Source: an uncultured Bacilli bacterium (lineage in GTDB: Bacteria > Bacillota_I > Bacilli_A > RF39 > UBA660). Taken from it: DNA of 64,000 nt. The stretch spans positions 1,128-65,127 of the forward strand of contig CAKPIS010000007.1 of assembly GCA_934162425.1 (NCBI GenBank). The letters are read 5' to 3'. The notes beneath the pieces are model-generated. The model ran no database searches. It was given only the letters and a program-made list of their open reading frames with translations, and was not told where the DNA came from. Position numbers and translations under genes: made by a program. This document shows, piece by piece, positions 31,291-42,041 of this stretch; the first letter of the stretch is position 1, and each line of letters opens with the position of its first letter.

Positions 31291-33597
31291 TTAAAACTTC
31301 CAATTTCTAATTTCTTCTAAATCTTCTCCATTCTCTATAATATAATTATTATGTTTTTCTAAATAACTATTCATATCATTTATAATCTTATCTTTTATCA
31401 TACAATTATCTAAATTATTAACTGCATCTATTACAAGATTAAATCTATCTATCTTATTTTTAACCCTCATATCAAATGGAGTTGTAATAGTTCCTTCTTC
31501 CATATATCCATGAACATGTATATTATGATTATGTCTAAAATATGTTAATTCATGTATTAAAGTTGGATAGCCATGATATGCAAATATAATTGGTTTATCT
31601 TTAGTAAATAATTCATCATACTCTTCATTAGTTAATGCATGAGGGTGTTTAGATGTAGAATCAAGTTTCATTAAATCAACTACATTTATAAATCTTATCT
31701 TTAAATCTGGTAAATATTCTTTTAATATTTTAGTTGCAGCGACAGCTTCAATAGTTGGTGTATCACCTGCACAAGCCATTATAATATCAGGATTTAAAGA
31801 ATTACTAACAAAGTTCCATACTCCAATACCTTTAGTACAATGCTTTATTGCTTGATCCATATTAAGCCACTGATAAGATGGATGCTTTGATGCTACTATA
31901 ACATTTACGTAATTCTTACTTCTAAGACAGTGATCTGCACATGATAATAAACAGTTTGAATCTGGTGGCAAATACATTCTTACAACATCTACCTTTTTAT
32001 TTGCAATATGATCTAAGAAGCCTGGGTCTTGATGTGTATAACCATTATGATCTTGTTGCCATACATTTGATGTTAATATAAAGTTAAGCGAAGAAATAGG
32101 CTCTCTCCATGGTATCTCATTACATACCTTAAGCCACTTTGCATGCTGAGCTGCCATTGAATCAATTATTCTAATAAAAGCTTCATAACTTGCAAAGAAT
32201 CCATGCCTACCTGTTAAAAGGTAACCTTCTAACATTCCTTCACACATATGTTCAGATAAAAATGAGTCCATTATTCTACCGTTTTTTGATAAATCTTCAT
32301 CATTTTCTTTAATTTCCATTTGCCAACTTCTCTTAGTTTCATCAAAAACATCATATAATCTATTAGATTTAGCTTCATCAGGCGAAAACATTCTAAAGTT
32401 TTTATTTACTTCGTTATATTTAAATATATCTCTAATAAAGCTTGATAAAACTAACATATCTTGTTTTTTTACACTACCAGGATAAGGCACAGACACTCCG
32501 TAATCATAAAAATTAGGCATAATAAGCTCTTTTCTTAAAAGTCCCCCATTAGTAATAGGATTTGCACCTAGTCTTCTTTCACCTTTTGGTATAAATTCTC
32601 TGTATTCTTCTTTTAATGAACCATCACTATTAAATAATTCTTCTGGTTTATAACTTCTAAGCCATTTTTCCAAAAGAGGTAAATGTTCTTCTTTTTCCAT
32701 ACTAATTGGTACTTGATGTGCTCTAAATGAACCTTCTATTTTATTTCCATCGACTTCTTTAGGTCCAGTCCATCCCTTTGGTGTTCTTAAAATAATCATA
32801 GGATATTTTAAATGCGAATCACCACTTTCTTTAATTTCTTTTATATCTTTTAGTATTAAGTCAAGTGTTTTTGACATGATATCATGCATAATAAATGGTT
32901 CATCACCTTCTACTAAATAAGGTTTATATCCACATGCAGAAAAAAATGAAGCTAACTCGCTATTACTCATTCTAGAAAATACGGTTGGATTACTTATTTT
33001 ATATCCATTTAAATTAAGTATTGGAAGTACAACACCATCTGTTTTTCTATTTAAGAATCTAACTCCATGCCAGCTAGTAGCAAGTGGTCCAGTTTCAGCT
33101 TCACCATCTCCAACTATGCATGCTGCAATTAAAGATGGATTATCTAAAACTGCTCCAAATGCATGAGATAAGCTATAACCTAGTTCACCACCTTCATGAA
33201 TAGAGCCTGGAGTTTCAGGTGCAACATGAGAAGGTACTCCTCCTGGGAATGAAAACTGTTTAAACAAATGTCTTAATCCTGCTTCATCCATAGTAATACT
33301 AGGATACTTTTCACTATAACTTCCCTCTAGATATGTATTTGAAATCATAAAATTACCACCATGACCTGGTCCTGATAATAAAATCATATTCAAATCATAT
33401 TTAGTAATTATTCTATTTAAATGTGTATATACAAAGTTTTGTGCTGGTACTGTTCCCCAGTGACCTACTATCTTCTTTTTTATATCTTCTTTAACTAATG
33501 GTCTTTTTAATAATGGATTATTAAGTAAATATAATTGACATGCTGATAAATAATTCGCAGCACGAAAATAACCATCTAATTTTTCTATCTCTGTCAT
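31291..33597 (-). CDS. xfp: xylulose-5-phosphate/fructose-6-phosphate phosphoketolase
   Basis: 768 aa; ...GHWGT.P..NF.Y.H.NR..., EGGELGYSL, GDGEAETGP signatures. Confidence 0.9.
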   Translation of the reverse strand: MTEIEKLDGYFRAANYLSACQLYLLNNPLLKRPLVKEDIKKKIVGHWGTVPAQNFVYTHLNRIITKYDLNMILLSGPGHGGNFMISNTYLEGSYSEKYPSITMDEAGLRHLFKQFSFPGGVPSHVAPETPGSIHEGGELGYSLSHAFGAVLDNPSLIAACIVGDGEAETGPLATSWHGVRFLNRKTDGVVLPILNLNGYKISNPTVFSRMSNSELASFFSACGYKPYLVEGDEPFIMHDIMSKTLDLILKDIKEIKESGDSHLKYPMIILRTPKGWTGPKEVDGNKIEGSFRAHQVPISMEKEEHLPLLEKWLRSYKPEELFNSDGSLKEEYREFIPKGERRLGANPITNGGLLRKELIMPNFYDYGVSVPYPGSVKKQDMLVLSSFIRDIFKYNEVNKNFRMFSPDEAKSNRLYDVFDETKRSWQMEIKENDEDLSKNGRIMDSFLSEHMCEGMLEGYLLTGRHGFFASYEAFIRIIDSMAAQHAKWLKVCNEIPWREPISSLNFILTSNVWQQDHNGYTHQDPGFLDHIANKKVDVVRMYLPPDSNCLLSCADHCLRSKNYVNVIVASKHPSYQWLNMDQAIKHCTKGIGVWNFVSNSLNPDIIMACAGDTPTIEAVAATKILKEYLPDLKIRFINVVDLMKLDSTSKHPHALTNEEYDELFTKDKPIIFAYHGYPTLIHELTYFRHNHNIHVHGYMEEGTITTPFDMRVKNKIDRFNLVIDAVNNLDNCMIKDKIINDMNSYLEKHNNYIIENGEDLEEIRNWKF

Positions 33598-33963
33598 ATA
33601 ATCACCCTCTACTTTATTCTGTATTAATTATAGCATACAAAGACAAAAAAAAGATACTAATTAAGTATCTTAAAACAAATAAGTTTACACTAATTATTAT
33701 TTTTTATTTTAATTAATGTACCCTTTAATTTTTCTTTTACCATAATGCTACTCCCTTACAATTATTTTACCCACATGTATATAATTTATACACAAATCAG
33801 ATATGACGCATTTTATATATATTGTGGATAACTTACACGTTTATAATAACAGTCCTACAAATCCATGTCAATATTTTGTCTGTGGAAAACTCACACTTTA
33901 CACGGGATCTTATGTTTGGAATTCTCAAAAAGTTATCGCATGAAAAAAGAAGTCTATGCTTCT

Positions 33964-34107
33964 TATCTCTTATTTTTCTTATTTAGTTTTTTATTTTTAA
34001 CTATCTTTTTATTATTTTTAATATTATTATTGCTAGAATCCACATATTTTTTTCTAGCAAAACTAGGTACTAATAAAGGTAATCCTTTATCAACACTATA
34101 AGCCATT
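33964..34107 (-). CDS. possible small basic protein coupled to the kinase-like gene
   Basis: Own reading: AAAGGGTGA-N4-ATG, MAYSVDKGLPLLVPSFARKKYVDSSNNNIKNNKKIVKNKKLNKKNKR*; starts 11 nt after the upstream stop; low-complexity tail. Confidence 0.25.
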
Positions 34108-34117
34108 TTATCACCCT

Positions 34118-35911
34118 TTAAATATATTTTTTAATAATTCTATCAAACTCATCATCTAAGTTTTCTTCTAATAAATAATTATTAAAACCATCTTCTATAT
34201 AATGTTTACCAATAGTTTCTTTATCTTTTTTTAACATTACTACAATAGGTGTCTTTAAATCTTTTTTAATTTCTTGTAATTTACCTAAAACTGCAAAGGC
34301 TGATAAAGGTTTCATATCATCTTCAAGTATTATTAAATCAAAACTTTCTCCATCTTTTACCCTTTGAATGCAATCATTACCATACATTGTTGCTAAAAGA
34401 TCTATATCATATTTATTTGATAATGAATTGAGTGTTCTAAGAAGTTGTATATTATCACTTACTACCATTACTTTTTTCTTATTAAATATGTATTTACTAT
34501 AATATGTATCTTTATTTACTTTTATTTTTTGGTCTATTACTATAGTAACAGTACTTCCTATTTTTTCTTCACTTTTAATATTAATGTATCCACCTAATTT
34601 TTTAATAATTTTAAAAGCTAGTTTTAAATCTATATCTAAACTATCCAATTTTAAAAGGTCTGTATTTTCTAAATTACTATTGTAACGTAATAACTCATTT
34701 AATTTTTCAACACTAATACCACAACCAGAATCTTCTACTCTTATTATTATTCTAGCTACATCGTATTTAACTATTTCATTAGCACTTACTTCAATATAAC
34801 CATCTTTTGTATATTTAGCAGCATTAACTAATATACTCATAATTACTTGTTTTAATTTAATAGGATCTCCATATAATTCATTTGGAATATTTTTACTTAT
34901 ATCATATCTTAGTGCAACTCCAGTATTTAACTTTGGTTCTATTGTTTTTATACATGTATTTAAAAGTGTATTCATATTATATGTTTCAGAACTTACTATT
35001 AATTTACTTGAACTTATAGTTGAAACATCAAGCACATTATTAATTGTATTTTTAAGTTCTCTTGCATTATTTTCTATAACTTTAAGTCCTGTTTGAATAG
35101 TATTTATATCTTTTTCTTTTTCAAGCATATTTTTAACTTCTAATATATTATCTATAGGCTTTTTGGTTTCTTGTGACATACTAAATAAGAAGTTGGATTT
35201 TTCTTCACTCATACTTTCTAATAAGCGTTTATTTTTATTTAGTTCATATATCATTTTTACATCTGGATTTTCTATTGTAAAAAACATAATTAAGTCAGCG
35301 AATGCTGCAACTAATGAAATTAAAAGTACTTCTGGTGCTATACTTCTTATTAAAAGTGATACTGCACCTAATATAGCTAAAAATAGAAGTGGAATAAATT
35401 TCTTATTATCTGAACTTTTAATATTTTTAAATAAAGTTTTTAAAACAAGTATTATAATAAGAACAACATACAAAGTAAGTACAAAAAATAAGACATTCAT
35501 TGCTTCTCCATTAGTATCAATTATACCATTTTCATTTATAACGTTTACTTTTAAGAAGAAAAAACTAATTGATATTACTACATTAAATATTAATGTTATC
35601 TTATTTAATTTATCTCTTAATTTTTTATTATTATTAATTGATACTATGGATACATAGTTAAATAATGCCCATGTCCAAAATAACATTAGTATATAATCTA
35701 TTCTATGCAAATTATATATATATGATGGTTTACCATATAAATTCATTAATATAACTAGAATACACGCTAAAGATGATTCTAAAAATGCTGTTATTATTAG
35801 ATAAGAATAAGCTCTAGTTTCATCTCCTTTAAATCTTTTTTTAGAATAGAATACTACAAGTATTAAAATGTTTATAAATACTGCACATATTGGAAAGTAT
35901 AAATTATTCAT
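34118..35911 (-). CDS. hybrid sensor histidine-kinase-like protein with degenerate phosphorylation sites
   Basis: 597 aa. About 6 N-terminal TM helices. H-box reads FLFSMSQETKKP (Gln where His is expected). N box NAAKYT, G1 DSGCGI. C-terminal receiver-like domain lacks the conserved T and K. Confidence 0.75.
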   Translation of the reverse strand: MNNLYFPICAVFINILILVVFYSKKRFKGDETRAYSYLIITAFLESSLACILVILMNLYGKPSYIYNLHRIDYILMLFWTWALFNYVSIVSINNNKKLRDKLNKITLIFNVVISISFFFLKVNVINENGIIDTNGEAMNVLFFVLTLYVVLIIILVLKTLFKNIKSSDNKKFIPLLFLAILGAVSLLIRSIAPEVLLISLVAAFADLIMFFTIENPDVKMIYELNKNKRLLESMSEEKSNFLFSMSQETKKPIDNILEVKNMLEKEKDINTIQTGLKVIENNARELKNTINNVLDVSTISSSKLIVSSETYNMNTLLNTCIKTIEPKLNTGVALRYDISKNIPNELYGDPIKLKQVIMSILVNAAKYTKDGYIEVSANEIVKYDVARIIIRVEDSGCGISVEKLNELLRYNSNLENTDLLKLDSLDIDLKLAFKIIKKLGGYINIKSEEKIGSTVTIVIDQKIKVNKDTYYSKYIFNKKKVMVVSDNIQLLRTLNSLSNKYDIDLLATMYGNDCIQRVKDGESFDLIILEDDMKPLSAFAVLGKLQEIKKDLKTPIVVMLKKDKETIGKHYIEDGFNNYLLEENLDDEFDRIIKKYI

Positions 35912-35997
35912 AAGGACCTCCTACTATCATAATAAGTATAACACAATTAAATATAATAACAAACAAAAAACATCAAAATTTTGATGTTTTGTCTATT

Positions 35998-37185
35998 TTA
36001 AAAATGATTTCTCTTACTAGCTAAGAATGCATTATTTTTATTTAATTTTATCTTGCTTAAATGATCAAAAGCTTCTTCTTTACTAACTATAGATTTATCA
36101 ACAAAGTGTTTAGCTTCTAACTCTTCTTTAGTAAAATGCCACTCACTTAAAACTTTTTTTTCATATTCTTCATAATATGCTTCTAGCGGTGCTTTTCTAT
36201 AAAAATCATGGGTTAAGTCTTCTTCCATGTTAGGCACTCTTCCATACTTTTTATATAAACTATCTCTATTTATAAAGTTATATTCATACCATATATCAAG
36301 AAGTTCTCTACCAATTTCACCTTTTAGTATATCTAAAGCCTCTTTTTTATCTTCTTTAGATAACTTTCTATTTCCATATATTTTTCTATAGTCAATAGGT
36401 TCTCCAAATTTTACAACAGCTATTTTTTTATTATCTTGCACGGTTAAATCATAAGCAACAGGTAAAACTATTGCATCTGTATCTATTGCAGCTTCTACCA
36501 TAAAATAACTACCATCATAATAAGGTTTGTTTTGAGATAGATTCCAAGAACCTTCATAAAACCATAACATATTATATCCAGTATTTAAAATATCTCTTAT
36601 TGTATTTTTAACATTAGCTCTATCATTTAATGCACTTTTAATTACATTATCATATATCTTTTTTTCCTTTGTGTATTCTTTAATTAAATCTTCATTATTA
36701 GTAAGATCTATATATTCTTTTAACTCGCTTAAATATTCTTCTTTTCTCTTTATAAAATCACTTTCATAAGGATTTTCCATATCAAAATAAATAATACCAT
36801 TTTTTTCAAGTAAAACTCCACCTATATCACCATGTACATTTTCATAATCTCCAGATAACAATATCATATGTTCTGGCATTGCTTCCATTATTATTTCTAT
36901 ATCTTGTTTTCTAACATGATTAGGTGCAACTATTATTGGTCTATTTTTATATTCTTCATTTTCTCTTAATTTTTGTATATATTCTTTACTTGGAAAATCT
37001 TTTGAACATCTATTAAATATTCTAGCTAGTTTAATAAGATTATATAAAGTATTATGCAATTTTTCATTTTTTCTTATATCTTCTATTTCACTTGAAGGAT
37101 ATCCAAAATCATATCTTAATTTTCTATCTCTTTTAATCTTTTCTAACTCTTCTTGTCTTTTTTTCTTTATATTTTTATCTTGCAT
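35998..37185 (-). CDS. acyltransferase (PlsC/lysophospholipid acyltransferase-like)
   Basis: NHVRKQD = H(X)4D acyltransferase motif; start set at the ATG after AAGGGGGA. Confidence 0.55.
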   Translation of the reverse strand: MQDKNIKKKRQEELEKIKRDRKLRYDFGYPSSEIEDIRKNEKLHNTLYNLIKLARIFNRCSKDFPSKEYIQKLRENEEYKNRPIIVAPNHVRKQDIEIIMEAMPEHMILLSGDYENVHGDIGGVLLEKNGIIYFDMENPYESDFIKRKEEYLSELKEYIDLTNNEDLIKEYTKEKKIYDNVIKSALNDRANVKNTIRDILNTGYNMLWFYEGSWNLSQNKPYYDGSYFMVEAAIDTDAIVLPVAYDLTVQDNKKIAVVKFGEPIDYRKIYGNRKLSKEDKKEALDILKGEIGRELLDIWYEYNFINRDSLYKKYGRVPNMEEDLTHDFYRKAPLEAYYEEYEKKVLSEWHFTKEELEAKHFVDKSIVSKEEAFDHLSKIKLNKNNAFLASKRNHF

Positions 37186-37269
37186 AATAAAATCCCCCTT
37201 TACTTGGTGATTTATTTTAGCATAATTTAAAAAAAATAGCAATAGTACTTGCTATTAATACGTATAGGT

Positions 37270-38076
37270 TTAAGAATATGTAGTTATATATACAAACATA
37301 CCTAAAATTATAGTTAAAATTATAATTAAGTAATAAATTACATATAAAGCCCTTCTAAGATATGTTTTTTTAATACTTTTAATAAATGTTAATACTATTA
37401 AGCATAAAAATATTGTACTTATTACTATGAAGATTTTATTTATGATAGAACCTATATTATAAAATAAACTTATAAGTATTTGATAAATAAATACATATAA
37501 AATAAATATTACATTATATCTTTTTATTAAAGCATTATATTCTCTAGAATATAATATTCCATCTTTTTTCTTAAATCCAATTAAATATATAATTATAAAT
37601 ATAAATAATATAATTAGTCCTAATGCATAGTTATTAATTGTTTTATTAAATAAAAATATCCATGATAACATAAAAAACAAATTATCATATATTAATCCTT
37701 TAGAATTTACTAAAGATTTATATAAAATTATTGATATTATAAGTAAAAACATTAATGTTAAACTTTGCTTAAATAAGGGAAAATAAAATACAGCAAAATA
37801 AACAGATGATAGATAATGATATATTAAACTAATTAAGATAATAGTAATGTTAAAAATAAATATTACTATGTTATAATTTCTATCATAATTTATACTTCGT
37901 AAGTTAAATAAATTTTTAATTTCAAATATAATAAATAATATATAAATTACAAGTAATATTATATTTGAAGAGTTTTTATATATAGCTGTTAAATCAATTT
38001 TAAAGTTAGTAATTATTATTAATAATGGTAAAATAATAAAAAGTAAATTATTAAATATTTTTAATATTTTTTTCAT
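37270..38076 (-). CDS. polytopic membrane protein, unknown function
   Basis: 268 aa, ~8 hydrophobic segments. Confidence 0.5.
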   Translation of the reverse strand: MKKILKIFNNLLFIILPLLIIITNFKIDLTAIYKNSSNIILLVIYILFIIFEIKNLFNLRSINYDRNYNIVIFIFNITIILISLIYHYLSSVYFAVFYFPLFKQSLTLMFLLIISIILYKSLVNSKGLIYDNLFFMLSWIFLFNKTINNYALGLIILFIFIIIYLIGFKKKDGILYSREYNALIKRYNVIFILYVFIYQILISLFYNIGSIINKIFIVISTIFLCLIVLTFIKSIKKTYLRRALYVIYYLIIILTIILGMFVYITTYS

Positions 38077-38080
38077 ATAA

Positions 38081-38719
38081 TTACCTTCCTAACTCTAATA
38101 CTATATTAGTTAAATTAATGTATTTTTTTATTGTAGTTTCATATATACTTAAAATATATTTATTTGATTCTTTAAAATAATTATAATCTGCTTTAACAAT
38201 AGAATAATAAGCACTTTTTTTATTAATGGTTTCTTCTAATAGATTAATATAAGAATCATTTTTAAGTAAATCATACATATTATCATCATATTTTAAGTAT
38301 TTACCTAAAATACTTTTTATTTTCTTTTCTTTAGCTTTTATTAAAGAGTTATATTCATCACTACCAGTTTTATTTTTATTATAAAATGTATCATAATATT
38401 CTATTAATGTATATTTTTTATCTTTTATTCTTAATACTTCTTTATTTAATTCATCATTTATTTCATTAAACGATTTTTTTAATTCTTCTAAGTCTTTATT
38501 ATTATAATTACTACTTTGTATGTTATTAATTAATATTATATTATCATCTAACTTTTTCATATCAGTATTTATTTTATTGATAACGTTATAAGATACTTCT
38601 ATTTTTCTATTTATATTAAATAAATATAGACCTGTATCTATTATTAAATAACTACCTATTATAATTATTATAATAAATAAAATACTTAATAATTTATTTT
38701 TATCTTTTTTAAGTAGCAT
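38081..38719 (-). CDS. hypothetical membrane-anchored protein
   Basis: 212 aa, one N-terminal TM helix, coiled-coil-like remainder. Confidence 0.45.
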   Translation of the reverse strand: MLLKKDKNKLLSILFIIIIIIGSYLIIDTGLYLFNINRKIEVSYNVINKINTDMKKLDDNIILINNIQSSNYNNKDLEELKKSFNEINDELNKEVLRIKDKKYTLIEYYDTFYNKNKTGSDEYNSLIKAKEKKIKSILGKYLKYDDNMYDLLKNDSYINLLEETINKKSAYYSIVKADYNYFKESNKYILSIYETTIKKYINLTNIVLELGR

Positions 38720-38738
38720 TTTATCACATCTTTCTTTT

Positions 38739-40466
38739 TTACTGTTTATAATAACTCGTATTTAAATACTTTTGACTTACATATTTACCATTTTCAAATT
38801 CTTTTAAGTAACTAACATATCCCCCATTTGAAAAGTACGAATATGGTTCATATGTCTTATTACCTAATGTTTTATCACTAGACCATATATCAACTGTTAG
38901 CTTTTCTCCTGTAACATATGAAGCAATATATACAGGATAGTCATATTGATTCTTAAATTTATAATCTGTAGTAGTCGATGATACTGTTGCATCTAATCCT
39001 TTTGGAACATAAGCTGGTGCATAAGAATGGTTTATTCTATAAACAATCTCTAAATTTGCTCTTAACTGAGCATTATAAAGTGTTGTAGCCAATTGACAAA
39101 CTCCCCCTCCATTAGCAGTTGTTAAAACTTTATTAACATATGCAGGAGCTGGTAAATAACCATTTTTAGCACTATATGGACCAACTACTTTTAAGTATGA
39201 AAACTCATCGTCTTTCTTTAGCACAGAACCATTTAATTTAGATGCTGCTAAAACTATGTTATGCCCTCTATTACCAACATTTTCAAAAGTAGTAGTATAA
39301 CTTGCAATTTTAGTATTTATAGATGCTAATTCTTTGTTTTTATCTTCCATTTTAACAACAGTACCATAAGCTTTTACTTTAGTTTGATTAGTTAAATTAT
39401 TTAAACTTTTTTCTAGTTCTTTAGCTGTTTTATCTACATCAAGACTAAACCCATTTACGGAAGGAGCATATGAAACATTATGCTTATCATCAACAACAAG
39501 TCCATCTTCTCTTTCTAGTACATCTAAACGTGTCTTTAAAGATATAATGAATTTATTAATACTTTCCTTATCATAAGTTCCTTTTAAGTAAAATACTTTT
39601 CTCTTCTTTTTCATATTTATCATTTTTAATTTTTCTATTAAAGATAAATTTTTATTATAATTTATTATCTCATTTTTAATATCATCTTTATTAGTTATAA
39701 TACCAAGTTCTTTATACGTATAGTCATAATCTCCATTAACGTTTGATATTGTAATTTTACCATCAGTAATTTTTTCATTTTCACTATTTATTATATTGTC
39801 TAACTGACTTATCTTTTTACCAGATAAATTAATATTATTAAAATAAATGCCTGGGTAAAATAAACCATTATACTTTTTTACTAGAGTAAATTCATAAACA
39901 GTTGCACTTAGTAAAATGATAATTAAAATACCAAGGCATATAAAAACATTTCTTTTTACTTTATTATTACTTGATATAGAATTATACTTTTTTATTTCAT
40001 CATCCAATAAAAGCACTTCCTCATCAGATAATTCTCCTTGTTTTATAGCTTCATCTTTGTACTTAGAGAAATATCTATTAAAAGTTTTATTACTAAATGA
40101 TACGTTTGTTTTATTTTGATATTCATAATAAGCTAAATTCTTTTTTTCTTCTTCAGATAGTAGTTTAAAGAATTTAATCATAATAAGTGATTTATTATAA
40201 AATGCAAGAATGCTAATAATTTTAGAATACACAAAAGATATGGCTCTTTTATCATCCTTAATATTACACTGGGATTTTATTCTTTCTATAATTAATTCAT
40301 CTTTTAATACATTAAGAATAGTTTTAATCGCTAATAAATTTTTATTTTCATCTTTTAAAAGTATATCAAGAGCTTCATTTAACTCATGGTTAAAAAGTAA
40401 ATTTTTAACATAATTTACTCTTTGATTTTCGTCCAAATTATTTATTTTACTACTACCATTTGCCAT
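38739..40466 (-). CDS. VanW family protein
   Basis: 575 aa; central TM helix; C-terminal ...GGGVCQLATTLYNA... VanW signature. Confidence 0.8.
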   Translation of the reverse strand: MANGSSKINNLDENQRVNYVKNLLFNHELNEALDILLKDENKNLLAIKTILNVLKDELIIERIKSQCNIKDDKRAISFVYSKIISILAFYNKSLIMIKFFKLLSEEEKKNLAYYEYQNKTNVSFSNKTFNRYFSKYKDEAIKQGELSDEEVLLLDDEIKKYNSISSNNKVKRNVFICLGILIIILLSATVYEFTLVKKYNGLFYPGIYFNNINLSGKKISQLDNIINSENEKITDGKITISNVNGDYDYTYKELGIITNKDDIKNEIINYNKNLSLIEKLKMINMKKKRKVFYLKGTYDKESINKFIISLKTRLDVLEREDGLVVDDKHNVSYAPSVNGFSLDVDKTAKELEKSLNNLTNQTKVKAYGTVVKMEDKNKELASINTKIASYTTTFENVGNRGHNIVLAASKLNGSVLKKDDEFSYLKVVGPYSAKNGYLPAPAYVNKVLTTANGGGVCQLATTLYNAQLRANLEIVYRINHSYAPAYVPKGLDATVSSTTTDYKFKNQYDYPVYIASYVTGEKLTVDIWSSDKTLGNKTYEPYSYFSNGGYVSYLKEFENGKYVSQKYLNTSYYKQ

Positions 40467-40577
40467 ACTATCAACACCCTATCATATAAATTATTATAAA
40501 TTAAAACCTTTTAAAAGTAAATAAGAACCCTTAATAATTTATAGAATATACTACTATTGTAAGTGAGGAGGATAAAT

Positions 40578-41573
40578 GTGAAAAAGAAAATTATTATAAT
40601 AATTTGCAGTCTTTTAGTATTGTTAGTAGGAACTTTACTAATTATAAAGATGCAAAAAAATGAAAAGAAAGATAATAATGAACTAAAAGAAGTTAAAGTA
40701 GCAGAAGTTGCACACACAATATTTTATGCACCCATGTATGCTGCTATAAGTAAAGACTATTTTAAAGATGAAAATATTAAAATAGATTTAAGTCTAACAG
40801 CAGGTGCTGATAAAGTTACAGCAGCAGTATTATCAGGTGATGTTGATATTGGATTTTGTGGCAGTGAAGCCACTATATATGTATATAATAGTGATGAAGA
40901 AGATTATCTTGTAAACTTTGCAAGATTAACTAAAAAAGATGGTTCATTTTTAGTATCAAGAAAAAAATATGATAACTTTAAACTAGAAGACTTAAAAGGG
41001 AAAAAAGTAATTGGTGGAAGAAAAGGTGGAATGCCTGAAATGACATTTGAATGGGGATTAAAACAAAATGGAATTGATCCTAAAAAAGATTTAAGCATTG
41101 ATACTAGTATAGCCTTTTCAGCTATGGAAGGGGCGTTTATAGGAGGTAATGGTGACTTTGTAACACTATTTGAACCTAATGCACTAAGTGTTGAAAAACA
41201 AGGTTTAGGATACGTTGTTGCATATGTTGGTGAATTTGGTGGTGAAGTTCCATATACTGCTTATAATGCAAGAAAAAGTTATATAGAAAATAATAAAGAT
41301 TTAATTAATGGATTTACAAAAGCTATTAATAAAGGGTTAAAGTATGTAAATGAAACAGATTCTAGTATAGTTGCAAAAGATATATATGAATTCTTCCCTG
41401 AATTATCATTAAATGATTTAACCGCAATCATTGAAAGATATAAAACAAATGAAGCTTGGCCTACTTCATCATATATAACAAAAAAAGACTTTGAACATCT
41501 ACAAGATATAATTATTAGTGCTGGAGAATTAGATAAAAAAGCACCATATGACAAATTAGTTTTTGAAGGATAA
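40578..41573 (+). CDS. ABC transporter substrate-binding protein, NMT1/THI5-like (NitT/TauT family)
   Basis: Signal anchor; ...FYAPMYAAISKDYFKDENI... pattern; GTG 40578 preceded by GAGGAGG. Confidence 0.8.
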   Translation: MKKKIIIIICSLLVLLVGTLLIIKMQKNEKKDNNELKEVKVAEVAHTIFYAPMYAAISKDYFKDENIKIDLSLTAGADKVTAAVLSGDVDIGFCGSEATIYVYNSDEEDYLVNFARLTKKDGSFLVSRKKYDNFKLEDLKGKKVIGGRKGGMPEMTFEWGLKQNGIDPKKDLSIDTSIAFSAMEGAFIGGNGDFVTLFEPNALSVEKQGLGYVVAYVGEFGGEVPYTAYNARKSYIENNKDLINGFTKAINKGLKYVNETDSSIVAKDIYEFFPELSLNDLTAIIERYKTNEAWPTSSYITKKDFEHLQDIIISAGELDKKAPYDKLVFEG

Positions 41574-41576
41574 GTT

Positions 41577-41999
41577 ATGAATGAACTCTTAAAAATAGAA
41601 GAGTTAGAAAAAAATTACTTATCTAAGAAAAATGCCATATGTGCTCTTAAGAATATTAATTTAACAGTTAATGAAAATGAGTTTGTAGTATTAGTTGGAC
41701 CATCTGGATGTGGCAAATCAACTATTTTATCAATAATTGGAAATTTAGAGAAAAAAAGTTCTGGTAATATTAAATTTAAAAATAATAATGTAAAAATAGG
41801 TTATATGTTTCAAGAGGACACACTATTTCCTTGGTTAAATGTTTTAGATAACTGTCTATTGGGACTTAAGATAAGAAAAGAGATAAATGAAAGTAGTATA
41901 TCCTATGTTAAAGGATTATTAGAAAAATATGGTCTTTCTGCATTTGAAAAAAGTTTTCCAAGAGAACTTTCTGGTGGTATGAGGCAAAGAGTTGCTTGA
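41577..41999 (+). pseudogene. ABC transporter ATP-binding protein, 5' fragment (interrupted by element 1)
   Basis: Walker A GPSGCGKST, Q-loop MFQED; ends inside the ABC signature LSGGMRQRVA followed by TGA. Confidence 0.85.
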
Positions 42000-42016
42000 A
42001 TGTTATAAAGACACTT
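41996..42016. repeat. left terminal inverted arm of element 1
   Basis: TTGAATGTTATAAAGACACTT; matches the reverse complement of 49831-49851 at 19/21. Confidence 0.85.
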
Positions 42017-42041
42017 ATGGCATTAAAAAATTGACTCAAAT

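Noticed and set aside
33865-34101. 78-aa plus-strand ORF in the xfp / kinase intergenic region
   Set aside because: Hydrophobic low-complexity translation and no RBS. It overlaps a better-contextualised (still weak) minus-strand small ORF and the repeat and terminator features.
40467-40577. TPP (or other) riboswitch upstream of the NMT1/THI5-like binding-protein gene
   Set aside because: The leader is only ~110 nt and lacks the conserved CTGAGA / ACCTGATCTGGATAATGCC-type cores, so substrate assignment to thiamine precursors is not supported.
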